Part shown: in pieces, positions 1 to 9,369 of the stretch
Numbering within the stretch: the stretch's first letter is position 1
Layout of the letters: each line of letters opens with the position of its first letter
Assembly (NCBI GenBank): GCA_964646605.1
Contig: CAZYEX010000053.1
Coordinates: 14,929 to 78,928 of the forward strand
Direction: 5' to 3'
Length of the DNA: 64,000 nucleotides
Source of the DNA: an uncultured Phycisphaera sp.
Lineage (GTDB): Bacteria; Planctomycetota; Phycisphaerae; UBA1845
Notes under the pieces: generated by a model
The model's input: only the letters and a program-made list of their open reading frames with translations
Databases searched by the model: none
What the model was told of the DNA's origin: nothing
Program-made: the position numbers and the translations under genes

Positions 1-350
1 AATTGCAGCGTCAGTCACAAGTGGCTTTGTTTCGCAAAGTATTTTTTTTGCGTTTTGCGCGTTTTTCAAGTCGTGTCATGGTGTGGCACTGGATGCAATT
101 GACGGAGGGACGAAGGGGATTGTCGATTGTGCATAACCAATGACCAGTGACGAGTCACGTTTCCTTCGCTGTCTGCGGGCCGTGATGCCCATTCGCTCTT
201 CGCACGTCATCATTCCACCAACACCGCTCCTTGACCCTCGATGCTTCGCGTAAAGGGCAGGCAGTCGCGGTTCTGAACTCCGCTGGTCGAGCTCCGCGCC
301 ACGTTCGGTCTATGTTAGCATGGCCGGGGCGGGGAGTCAAGGGGGGACTG

Positions 351-371
351 GCGATTGTCGATTCTCGATTG
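351..371. repeat. Degenerate heptamer tandem repeat (GCGATTG TCGATTC TCGATTG)
   Basis: Three consecutive 7-mers in intergenic DNA; the same 7-nt periodicity occurs at 30487-30514 and 31381-31408. Confidence 0.55.
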
Positions 372-575
372 GGGAGCGGTCGAGGGAAGGAGGGACGGCC
401 GAAGGCGGCGAAACGCCGGAAGCTGATCGCTGACAGCCGAAAGCAATTGCGGTTGCAGGGCACGGGTTGTTCTGCGGGCGGGGGGTAGCCGAGGCTTGAT
501 GCGGCAAGGCGACGACACCGCTGCCAGAGAGAAGTCGGAACCGTCGCTTCGCCGGTACGGCCGAGCCGAGCAACT

Positions 576-875
576 GTGCATTTAATAGGTGACTGTCCTT
601 CAGGATCCCCTCAGGATCGCAACAAGCTTCTGTCGCTCGTCGGGAAGATCGGCGAGATTCCTGGCGGTTCCGCAAGCGAGAAGGTCCAACGCTTCGGAGA
701 AGACGGATCGCTGATCTAGATTCCGCGCGCGTTCGTGTTCAGGATGTCTAGATTGGTCGAGGATCTAGCCGCAGCTTTGATTGTCCCGGTCGACCGCGAG
801 GCACCTGACGTGAGTGCTTCGATAGCCGAGTTCTTCAAGAAGGCGCAACAAGCAAACAACGAGGGCGCAAAGTGA
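576..875 (+). pseudogene. Possible small ORF interrupted by an in-frame TAG (717-719)
   Basis: GTG576 frame reads VHLIGDCPSGSPQDRNKLLSLVGKIGEIPGGSASEKVQRFGEDGSLI*IPRAFVFRMSRLVEDLAAALIVPVDREAPDVSASIAEFFKKAQQANNEGAK*; both halves look protein-like but no family recognised. Confidence 0.25.
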
Positions 876-1048
876 ACGACGGAAGGGTGGCGCGGAATTC
901 GGGATACCGATGGATCATGTCTCCGCCGCGGGGCTGACTTTCGCGCAGCGGTTTGCGGAGGATTGCGGCTTGAGGCGTTGGCCTCATGTCGTCACGAACG
1001 TCAACATGTTTCCGTGGCGCCATTCAGACGGGTATCGACGTGTCAAGA

Positions 1049-2170
1049 TTAGTGTCCGCCCTGTGCAGGGGACGGTTCGGGGGTTTCGCGTGGGGAATCG
1101 AGTTTTTCGCGTAGCGCGGCGACTTCGCGTTCCAGGTCTTTGATGCGGCGGACCCAGTCGGGGAGCTTTTGGAAGATGGACATGGAGCGTTTGGCGGCGT
1201 CGATGGGGATGGCGGGGGAGCCGAAGATTTGGGCGTTGGCGGGGACGTTTCCGGCGATTCCGGATTGTGCGGCGGCCATGGCCCCGTCGCCGATGGTAAG
1301 GTGTCCGGCCACGCCGACCTGACCGGCCAGAGTGACGTGCCGACCGACTGTCACCGAGCCGGCTACGCCCACCAATCCCACGAACATGCAGTCGGGTCCC
1401 ACCTTGGTTCCGTGTCCGATGACCACCACGTTGCCGAACTTGGTGCCGGCGCCGATTTCGGTCTGGCCGAGGGTGGCGCGGTCGATGGTGCAATTGGCGC
1501 CGATCTCGACGTCGTCACCGAGCACGGCGCGGCCGACCTGGGGGATCTTGATCCACTGGTCGCCGCGCGGGGCGTAGCCCAGTCCGTCCTCGCCGATTAC
1601 TGATCCCGCGTGAACCGTCACGCGGTTTCCCAACACGCAGCCGTCGTACACGACGACGTTGGGATAGAGGGTGCAATCGTTTCCCAGGCAAGCGCCGTCG
1701 GCGATGTAGCAGCCGGGATAGAGGGTGCAGTTGTCGCCGAGTACGACGTGTGCCGCGATGGTGACACCACCGGCGATGTTGGGGTTGGCGCCGACGTTCG
1801 CCGTGGGATGGATCGACGCGTTGCGGTCCACACCCCATTGCGGGTGGCGACGATGGCCGTGCAGCTCGATGATCGCCAGAGTCACGGCGCCGTAGGGGTC
1901 GGCACAACGGATCGCCGCCAATCCGTCGGGCAGGGGAACATCGGGTTGAACAATGACCGCTGAGGCCTTGGTCGTCGTCAAGGCGGAAAGGTATTTGGGG
2001 TTGGAGACGAAAGTGATCTCGCCGGACTGAGCATCGGCGATAGTGTTGACTCCGTGGACCGGACAATCGGCTCCGTCCAGGGTGGCGGCTAGTCCGGCAT
2101 CTTTGAATATGCCGAGCAGTTTTGTAAGTAATAATTTATCCAAGTGCGTTTCCTTGCCCCACAGGGCCAT
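1049..2170 (-). CDS. lpxD: UDP-3-O-(3-hydroxymyristoyl)glucosamine N-acyltransferase
   Basis: N-terminal GEITFVSNPKY/ADPY domain, hexapeptide repeats, DGLGYA...KIPQVGRAVLGDDVEIGANCTIDRATLGQT motif, C-terminal helix; start may be TTG 2143. Confidence 0.95.
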   Translation of the reverse strand: MALWGKETHLDKLLLTKLLGIFKDAGLAATLDGADCPVHGVNTIADAQSGEITFVSNPKYLSALTTTKASAVIVQPDVPLPDGLAAIRCADPYGAVTLAIIELHGHRRHPQWGVDRNASIHPTANVGANPNIAGGVTIAAHVVLGDNCTLYPGCYIADGACLGNDCTLYPNVVVYDGCVLGNRVTVHAGSVIGEDGLGYAPRGDQWIKIPQVGRAVLGDDVEIGANCTIDRATLGQTEIGAGTKFGNVVVIGHGTKVGPDCMFVGLVGVAGSVTVGRHVTLAGQVGVAGHLTIGDGAMAAAQSGIAGNVPANAQIFGSPAIPIDAAKRSMSIFQKLPDWVRRIKDLEREVAALREKLDSPRETPEPSPAQGGH

Positions 2171-2365
2171 TTCTGGTGCTCGCGGGGACGCGATTGTATT
2201 GGGAATGGGGAGGGGGTGTCAAACGCAAGCGCCGTACGGGGGAATGGCTGGGGATTGGAAGGAGTGGTGGAGTCCACTACCATGCCCACCGACAAAGGCG
2301 TGGGGACGGCGTGGGCTTCGATTCCCGTTGGGGTCGGGGCGGCAGTATCGGTATCGGAACAGACT

Positions 2366-3088
2366 ATGAAGGCCGACCGGCGGCATGAGCTCAAAGAGAA
2401 CGAACTGGCCCTGGCGTTGTACAACGCGCGGGATTACCTGGACCGGCACGGCAAGCAGATCGGTATGGCCGCGCTGGCGGTCATCGCGGTGCTGGCGACG
2501 GTGACTTTCGCCATGCGTTCGCGGGCGGCGGCGGCCGAGGATGTTTGGCGGCGGCGCAGCCAACTAACTTTTGATTCGTTCGAAACCGGGAAACAATCGC
2601 TGCAAACGCTCGAGAGCATCACCAAGGAACTTTCCGAGGACAGCTTCGTGATGGGGTCGCTCATGGACCAAGGCCGGCAGGCCTTGCGTCTGGCGCAGCA
2701 GGCGGCGCTTCCGCCGGATCGAGAATTGAATCAAAAGGCTCGGCGGGCGTTCGAGGAACTGCTCTCGCGTTTTGGGAAGAATCCGCTGGCGCTGGGCATG
2801 GGGCTCTCTGGTCTGGCGACGGTGGAAGAGAACGAGTTTGTGATCGACGGGAACGAGGCGCATAAGCCCAAGGCCCGCGAATACCTGAACCGGATCGTCG
2901 GTGAGACGATGTTGAACGGGATGCCTTATCAGAAGATGGCCGTGGATCGTTTGGCGAGCTTGGATGCGACATTCACGAAGGTGACGGTGCAGCCGCCGCC
3001 GCCGCCGCCGGCACCACCACCCGCGCCGCCGCCGCCCGCGGAGGGAACAGGCGAGCCTCCCAAGATCGAGTCCCTTGAGAAACCCTAG
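2366..3088 (+). CDS. Membrane-anchored TPR-like (YfgM-like) protein with poly-proline tail
   Basis: MKADRRHELKENEL start, one TM helix (IGMAALAVIAVLATVTFAM), helical body, QPPPPPPAPPPAPPPP tail; ATG2366 preferred over the track start 2144. Confidence 0.7.
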   Translation: MKADRRHELKENELALALYNARDYLDRHGKQIGMAALAVIAVLATVTFAMRSRAAAAEDVWRRRSQLTFDSFETGKQSLQTLESITKELSEDSFVMGSLMDQGRQALRLAQQAALPPDRELNQKARRAFEELLSRFGKNPLALGMGLSGLATVEENEFVIDGNEAHKPKAREYLNRIVGETMLNGMPYQKMAVDRLASLDATFTKVTVQPPPPPPAPPPAPPPPAEGTGEPPKIESLEKP

Positions 3089-3137
3089 GCGCCGGCCACG
3101 TACCGCGGCGGGGCCATCAAACTTTCCAAGGATCGCC

Positions 3138-5939
3138 GTGGGTTTGCGGCGGTTCTTTGTCCCTCTCGCCCTTCTCGTTTTCGTTTCAAGCTGCGGCGGA
3201 TGTCGGAGTTCGATCCGTTCGATCGAAGTGCGGACGTTCGATGCGCCGCCCGCGCCGCTTTCCTCTCGCGGCGAGGCGCGGGTGGAGTTGGCAGGCGCAA
3301 TCAATGAGACCCTGAGTTTTTGCTTTGCGCTCCGCCCGATCGGGGGAGCGATCGAGCGTCCCGAGTTGTACGTTTCGCCGCCCACCTCGCGGGTGGCGAC
3401 GATGGATCCCGCGTCGTTTGAGTTGTTTCGGATGCACCGGGTCGCGGTGGAGCGCTGGCCGGGGTGGCATATCCGGTCCATCCCGCCGTCGCGCCGCGAG
3501 CCCGCGCCGCTCGATGTGCTCGTGCCCGTCCGTGCCCCGCGAGGCGGGCTTCCGCCACAGATGGTTGCGAACCAGGAGTACTTTTTTTGGGTGGATGTGG
3601 CAATTGCCAAGGGAACTTCGGAGGGTATTTACGCGTCGCGGATCGAGTTGCGGTCGGAGGGGCGCGTTGCGGCGGCCATCGAAGTTTCGCTTACCGTCTG
3701 GCCGGTGGTGTTGCCGGACGAGGCGGGCATTCCCGTGATCGCGGAGTTGGACCATCGCAGGCTTTTCTCGCAGCACGTCGATCTGCGCGTCGGGCCGCTG
3801 GGGCTGCCGGATGATTGGCGGGATCATCCGAAGAGCGCCTCGTTGGATCGAGTGCTGCTGACGACGATGCGGGTCCTGCAAAATCATCGGTTGACGCCCG
3901 TGCTTCCCGAGTTGATGCCCGCGTTGAGTCCGAGTCAAAACCGCGAAATCCACGCCGATTGGTCGCATTACGACGCGGTGGTCGAGCCGTTTCTCAACGG
4001 CCGGGCGTTTTACAATCGGGTTCCTCTGCGTTTGTGGCCGTTGCCGACGGCGCGGATTTCACGGGAGGAGTTGTCGGCCGCGAGTCTACGCTTCCCCTCG
4101 TCCGACGTCAGGCTCTCGTCGTTTGTCCGTGGGTGCGTGGACCACTTCGTGGAGAAGGGGTGGGCTGGGCGGTCGTACGCGGCCACGGCGGGTCCCTACA
4201 ACGCCGTGATGGAATCGGCGGAACAAGTCCGGCGGTTGGCGTCCGCGGTCCGGATCGGCGGCGGGCAGGTGCCGGTCGCAACGCGGCGGTTTCCACAGGA
4301 CATGAGAGCGCTGGGGTGGGAGCGGTTCGTTCATGAGAACGTGTCGCAGAGCGTGGACATCTGGATGCCGCGCGGGCAGTTCTTTGATCGCGGGATCATG
4401 GCGGACCAGGCTCGCGGCGGTCGGCGGAGCTGGCTGACGATGGATCGTCCGCCGTTCACGGGGACGACGGCGTTGTCTGGGGCCGCGGCGGACGCACGGA
4501 TTCTCCCGTGGCAGGCGTTGGAGCTGGGGGCGGAGGCGCTGCACCTGGGTTCGATCAACCGCTGGCCGGAGTCGGCGGCGAATGCGTCAACGCAAGACTG
4601 CGCGTCGTTCGACCCGCACCTCCTGCTGTATCCGGGCGGCGAGTTTGGATGGGACGAACCGGTGGCAAGCGTGCGTTTGAAGCACCTTCGCCGTGGTTTG
4701 CAGGATGCAGCGTATCTTCGGCTGTTGAACGAGCACGGGTTGGAGCCCGTGGCGACGGCGGTTCGGAGCTCGTTGGTTCGATACGCGGGGGCCGACGCTT
4801 ATCGCGCGCACTTTGCGGACGGCCGCTCGAACGGTTGGTCGGATGATCCGCAGATGTTTGAACTCGCCCGGCGGATCATGGCGGACGAACTCATGGCCGC
4901 TGCGTCCGGGTCCCAGCCCGCCGACGGTGGCAACGCCAAGTCGTTGGCACGGACCGCGGCCTGGCGGCGATTGATGGCGGGGACAAGATCGATCGAGCTT
5001 CGTGTGGATGGGGCGCGGGTTCGGATGAGAGGCTTTCCGGTGTCGCCTCAGGCCGAGGTCGACGTACACGTCACGGTGGGCAACGGAGAACGGACGCCGG
5101 TGACGGGAACGGTGGAGTTCGAGACTCTACCCGCGGGCTGGTCGCAGGCCGTCGTCCCCGCACCGATCGAGGTGCCCGCGGGCGACGGAGTACGTGTCGT
5201 GCTGACTGCCCATCCGGGATTGTTGACGCTTCCTCCGGGCGGGGCGTTTACCTCGACGGTCGCTTTCACGGAAGAAGGGGGAACGGTTCACCGCCGGGCG
5301 GCGCGGACGACATACATCGAAGCGACCCCGCGCAGGGAGAGAATCGTGATCGACGGCGACCTATCGGACTGGCCCCCGGGTGCGGGGAACGTCGCCGGAG
5401 ACTTTCAACTCATCAGCGGGGGACCACCGAGCGCCCGGACGACCGCATTCGTGCTTGCGGACCAGGAGAGTCTGTACGTGGCGGTGAACTCTGAGACCAC
5501 TTCGCCGGGGGACCCCTCCGGCCCGCGGCGCAAAGGCGTCCGTTATGACGACCTCATTCCCGCGGATGAGGAGGACCTCATCGAGGTGCTGATCGACCCG
5601 CTCAACGCGGGAACTCGATCGCCGACGGACCTGTTCCACATTCTGGTGAAGCGCTCGGGAACGGACGTGACGGAGGTGGGGATCGGGACGGATCCACCGT
5701 GCGGGGCCCGTCGGCCCTGGGCGGCGGATTTGGAAGTCGCGACCCGCGACGGTTCGAGGCGCTGGATTGCGGAACTGCGCATTCCGTTATCGGCTTTCGG
5801 AGCGGACGAACCCGACGGAGCGATTTGGGGACTCAACATCACGCGATGGGACGCGGCGGGGCAGGAGTTAAGCACCTGGTCCGGGGCGACCGGGAACGCC
5901 TACGACCCGCTTTCGCTGGGGAATCTGCAGGTGTGGTAA
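3138..5939 (+). CDS. Large lipoprotein with DUF4091-like glycoside-hydrolase-type region and C-terminal CBM9-like sugar-binding domain
   Basis: Lipobox VSSC; LLLYPG...SVRLKHLRRGLQDAAYLRLL (DUF4091-like); IVIDGDLSDW...LYVAV...DLIEVLIDP...WIAELRIPLSAF...WGLN (CBM9-like); start uncertain. Confidence 0.7.
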   Translation: MGLRRFFVPLALLVFVSSCGGCRSSIRSIEVRTFDAPPAPLSSRGEARVELAGAINETLSFCFALRPIGGAIERPELYVSPPTSRVATMDPASFELFRMHRVAVERWPGWHIRSIPPSRREPAPLDVLVPVRAPRGGLPPQMVANQEYFFWVDVAIAKGTSEGIYASRIELRSEGRVAAAIEVSLTVWPVVLPDEAGIPVIAELDHRRLFSQHVDLRVGPLGLPDDWRDHPKSASLDRVLLTTMRVLQNHRLTPVLPELMPALSPSQNREIHADWSHYDAVVEPFLNGRAFYNRVPLRLWPLPTARISREELSAASLRFPSSDVRLSSFVRGCVDHFVEKGWAGRSYAATAGPYNAVMESAEQVRRLASAVRIGGGQVPVATRRFPQDMRALGWERFVHENVSQSVDIWMPRGQFFDRGIMADQARGGRRSWLTMDRPPFTGTTALSGAAADARILPWQALELGAEALHLGSINRWPESAANASTQDCASFDPHLLLYPGGEFGWDEPVASVRLKHLRRGLQDAAYLRLLNEHGLEPVATAVRSSLVRYAGADAYRAHFADGRSNGWSDDPQMFELARRIMADELMAAASGSQPADGGNAKSLARTAAWRRLMAGTRSIELRVDGARVRMRGFPVSPQAEVDVHVTVGNGERTPVTGTVEFETLPAGWSQAVVPAPIEVPAGDGVRVVLTAHPGLLTLPPGGAFTSTVAFTEEGGTVHRRAARTTYIEATPRRERIVIDGDLSDWPPGAGNVAGDFQLISGGPPSARTTAFVLADQESLYVAVNSETTSPGDPSGPRRKGVRYDDLIPADEEDLIEVLIDPLNAGTRSPTDLFHILVKRSGTDVTEVGIGTDPPCGARRPWAADLEVATRDGSRRWIAELRIPLSAFGADEPDGAIWGLNITRWDAAGQELSTWSGATGNAYDPLSLGNLQVW

Positions 5940-6021
5940 CGGATAATCGGGTTTGATTGCCGCGATTGGGGGGGTAACATTGGATGGGAGTTCAGCGCGA
6001 CGCTTCGGGTTGCGGACTCCG

Positions 6022-6043
6022 CGCGGGCTTAAGCCCGCGGCTC
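6022..6043. repeat. REP-like palindrome (family C) CGCGGGCTTAAGCCCGCG-GCTC
   Basis: Perfect 18-bp palindrome; related copy GAGCCGCGGGC-GCGA-GCCCGCG at 30651-30672. Confidence 0.6.
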
Positions 6044-6077
6044 GATGGGGGTGTCGAGGCGTTATCGGAACCAAGCC

Positions 6078-6929
6078 ATGTCCACTTGTCGATCAACCAG
6101 GCGTGCCTCGCGCGGGGCGTTCACGCTGATCGAACTGCTGGTGGTCATTTCGATTATCTCTCTGCTGATCTCGATCCTGTTGCCCTCACTGAGCCGGGCG
6201 CGGGACCAAGCGAAAAGTGTGCATTGTCTGGCGAAGCTCAAGGAGTATGGGAATGCTCTGGCGGCGTATGAGAACGTGACCAGCGGGGGTCTGCCTCCGG
6301 CCCTATGGAAGCCGGCGGAATCGGACCTTGCGGACCCCAACGACGCAGTCAAGGTCGACGTGGGGCGAGACGGCGAGCAGACTATCTCGTATGGTTGGTC
6401 GGAGATTCTGTTCACGTATGTTTACCATCAGGAAGTCCGCCTGCGGGAGTCGTTTCCGGTGCAGCGGAACATCGGCGGTCGGCAGTGGGAGAAGTATTTC
6501 ATCTGCAACGCGGCCGGGGACGACGGCCCGCACAGCGGGCATTATCGAGTCTACCTGCCCGCGTGGGGGGCGGGGTCGGTGGGGTTGGATCGCAAAGGAC
6601 GCTGGAACGAGAAAATCCGCGCGAACCCGTCTCGGGGGGCGCAGCGGGAGATGATCCGCCCGAAGCTGCCGCTGATCGGCGACGCCAACGAATTTTCGGA
6701 GCGCGGCGACGGCTTGGGAAACGACGACTGCAGCTACATCGACGCGGGGGAGGCCAACTATGCGGGGTCGGACGGGCAACGCAATGGGAACCGCTTCTCC
6801 GATCGCCATTACGGCGGCGGGAACTACCTTTTCCAGGACTTGCACGGGTCGTGGGACACGCGGATGCGCGAGGAATTGGCCCGGGATTTTGACCTCAACG
6901 GAATTGTCGATGTCGACGTTCAGCCGTGA
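6078..6929 (+). CDS. Prepilin-type N-terminal cleavage/methylation protein (DUF1559-like)
   Basis: GAFTLIELLVVISIISLLISILLPSLSRARDQAK; C-terminal RHYGGGNYLFQDLH (H-X9-DG-like). Confidence 0.9.
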   Translation: MSTCRSTRRASRGAFTLIELLVVISIISLLISILLPSLSRARDQAKSVHCLAKLKEYGNALAAYENVTSGGLPPALWKPAESDLADPNDAVKVDVGRDGEQTISYGWSEILFTYVYHQEVRLRESFPVQRNIGGRQWEKYFICNAAGDDGPHSGHYRVYLPAWGAGSVGLDRKGRWNEKIRANPSRGAQREMIRPKLPLIGDANEFSERGDGLGNDDCSYIDAGEANYAGSDGQRNGNRFSDRHYGGGNYLFQDLHGSWDTRMREELARDFDLNGIVDVDVQP

Positions 6930-6969
6930 GTAACCGCTCGTCGACGTCGCCCTGAGACACGGACGCAGC

Positions 6970-7869
6970 TTGGTCTTTCCACCTTTCAATCTTTGTGCGT
7001 TCCTTTTTCTGGCGTCACTCTTTGCGCCGACCGACGGACTGACCACGGTTGAATTCAAACACTATGTCCTGGAGACGGACGTGGTTCCCGACAGGGCGAA
7101 GTTCATCGGGCAACTGATGGACGCCACGGGGAAGGAGTTCGACCGGCGGTTTGCGGGCTTTCACGGGATCGTTCGTAAGAAGCCCAAGCTCAAGGTCTTT
7201 GCAAGCAAGGAACGGTACGTCGAGGAGCTGAAGGGGGCGACTTCGGGCGGCAACGTGGAGTTTACGTCGGGAGTGTTTTGCGTCCGTGATGAGACGGTGT
7301 ATTCGTACGATTCGCCGGGTTTGGAATCGACGCTCAAGCACGAATGTTTTCATCAGTTCGCACACTTTGTGATCGGCGGGACGCTGCCGCTGTGGGCGAA
7401 CGAAGGATTGGCGGAGTATTTCTCGGCCGGGGTGTTCGACGAGTGGGCGGGAGAGATGCGGCTGGGGGGCGTTCCCACGGGGCGCGTGCTCGTTCTACGC
7501 GACACTTGGAAGACGCCGGATAAGCTCACCATCGACGAATTGTTGCAGATCGGTCCGTTGGAGTGGCAGCACAACCTGGACGATCCGCGGGGGGCCGCAC
7601 AGTACGCGCAAGCCTGGGCGCTGTGTCACTTTCTGGTTCACGGGGAGGGCGGCAAGTACGAGAAGTACTTCGACCGGTTCCTGCGCTTCATCGACGGGGG
7701 GCTGGACGGCGAGACGGCGTTCAAACAGGCGTTCGGGCCGGATACCAAGCCCTTGCAGGCGAAGTACGACGCTTACATCGAGCAACTGGTGGCCCGGACG
7801 CCTTTGCGCAAGGTCGAGAAGCCGCCGCCGGACGGGGCCGCAAAACCCAAAGCGAAGAAGAAACCGTAG
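6970..7869 (+). CDS. Secreted DUF1570 / gluzincin-like metallopeptidase
   Basis: Signal-like N-terminus, LKHECFHQF (HExxH), LPLWANEGLAEYF, YAQAWALCHFL. Confidence 0.8.
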   Translation: MVFPPFNLCAFLFLASLFAPTDGLTTVEFKHYVLETDVVPDRAKFIGQLMDATGKEFDRRFAGFHGIVRKKPKLKVFASKERYVEELKGATSGGNVEFTSGVFCVRDETVYSYDSPGLESTLKHECFHQFAHFVIGGTLPLWANEGLAEYFSAGVFDEWAGEMRLGGVPTGRVLVLRDTWKTPDKLTIDELLQIGPLEWQHNLDDPRGAAQYAQAWALCHFLVHGEGGKYEKYFDRFLRFIDGGLDGETAFKQAFGPDTKPLQAKYDAYIEQLVARTPLRKVEKPPPDGAAKPKAKKKP

Positions 7870-7886
7870 CCAGCCGCGTCGAGGTT

Positions 7887-9368
7887 CTACCGCCGCATGG
7901 TCTCGGGATCGCGGAGGGGCAGGCGGGTGACCTTGCCGAAAACGTCGAACTTGAGGTCCTTCGCCTTGTCGTAACCGCCGCCGATCACGCCGTCAGCATC
8001 GCCGACCGCGAGGATCACCAACTTGTCGGGCTGCAAATACTTCTGGGCCACGCGCAGTACGTCATCGGGGGTGACCTTCTTTAGATTTTCGATGTAGGTC
8101 TCCCAATACTTGGAATCCCGTCCGGTATACTCGTCGGAGGCGAAGGTTTCGAGGATGGTCATCTTGTCGTCGAAGCGCTGCGGGAGGCTTTCGACGTAGA
8201 AGTTGACCGTGTCATCGACGTCCGGTTGGCTGACTTTCTCCATGCGCAGGCGGGCGATCTCGTCGAGAACGATGCGCGTGGCGTAGGCGCAGGAGTTGGT
8301 TTTGCTCTGGAACCAGGCGCGGAAGTTCCCGGACCAATAAATGCCTTGGCCGAACTGACTGCCGGTGTTGTAGGCGAGTCCTTCGTCGGAGCGGACCTTG
8401 GCCACCAGGCGTGAACGGAAGCCCGAGGCGCCGAGGATGCCGTTCATCACTTGCAAGGCGAACTCGTCCGGCGTGCCGCGCATGGCGCCTTTGTGTCCGA
8501 CGGTGACACGTCCCTGGTTGACGTCGGCTTTGTGAACCACGTAGACGCCGGGCTTGGGGTCGAAGTTGGGCTTGGGGAAGGTGCGGGGCGACTTCTCCCC
8601 GCTGGGCCAGTCGGCGAAGGCCTTCTCCACCTTCTTGAGCATCTCCTTGCGGTCGAAGTCGCCGGCGACGGCGAGCATCATGTTGCCGGGGTGAACGTAT
8701 TTGCGATGGAAGGCGATCAAGTCGTCGCGGGTGATCGCGCCCAGGGTGGCGGGCGTGGGGTACCAGTTGCTGAAGTGCTCCTCGCCGTTCATGAGGAAAC
8801 CGAACTCGGTTTGTTCGACGGTTCCCGTGTTGTCGTTGCGGCGTTTGACGTTCTGGAGGCGGCGCTCCTTGGCCAGGCGGAAGCGCGTTTCGTCGTAACG
8901 CGGATAGCGGAGGATGCTGACGAGCAGGTCCAAACCGGCGTCAATGTCCTTGGAAAGTACGGAGACGCCGGCGGAACCCTGGGTTTCGCCGATATTGCAG
9001 AAAACCTGGGCGGCGAGGAACTCGATTCGTTCATCCAGTTGTTCGGGGGTGAGGTCTTGGGTGCCGCCGTCGCGCATCTGTTCTCCGGCGAGGGCGGCGA
9101 GGCCGATCTTTTCCGGAGAATCGAAGGCGCCTCCGGCGGCGATGGTGACGTGGATGTCGAAGACGGGCAACATGCGCTCTTCGGCGATGTAGACGACCAT
9201 CCCGTTGGGCAGAACCTCACGGAACTGCGCCGCGGAGGGGACCTTGTAGTCGAACTTGGGATACTCGAGTTTCTCGGGATGGGACGCAATGGGCGTTTCG
9301 GCGCGACTCCACGTCGCCGCAGATACAAGGCACGAAAGGCCGAGCAGGGTTGTGGAACGGGCATTCAT
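7887..9368 (-). CDS. M16 (pitrilysin-family) peptidase, non-catalytic subunit
   Basis: Signal peptide, LPNGMVVYIAE, GLAALAGEQMRDGGT (no HxxEH), SRLVAKVRSDEGLAY. Confidence 0.92.
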   Translation of the reverse strand: MNARSTTLLGLSCLVSAATWSRAETPIASHPEKLEYPKFDYKVPSAAQFREVLPNGMVVYIAEERMLPVFDIHVTIAAGGAFDSPEKIGLAALAGEQMRDGGTQDLTPEQLDERIEFLAAQVFCNIGETQGSAGVSVLSKDIDAGLDLLVSILRYPRYDETRFRLAKERRLQNVKRRNDNTGTVEQTEFGFLMNGEEHFSNWYPTPATLGAITRDDLIAFHRKYVHPGNMMLAVAGDFDRKEMLKKVEKAFADWPSGEKSPRTFPKPNFDPKPGVYVVHKADVNQGRVTVGHKGAMRGTPDEFALQVMNGILGASGFRSRLVAKVRSDEGLAYNTGSQFGQGIYWSGNFRAWFQSKTNSCAYATRIVLDEIARLRMEKVSQPDVDDTVNFYVESLPQRFDDKMTILETFASDEYTGRDSKYWETYIENLKKVTPDDVLRVAQKYLQPDKLVILAVGDADGVIGGGYDKAKDLKFDVFGKVTRLPLRDPETMRR

Positions 9369-9369
9369 G

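Noticed and set aside
147-158. GTGAC-GA-GTCAC palindrome as an operator
   Set aside because: A single short palindrome with no identifiable regulated gene inside the window
938-956. c-di-GMP-I riboswitch-like GCAAACC...GAAAG on the minus strand
   Set aside because: The conserved GGGACGCAAAG continuation is missing and no downstream gene is evident
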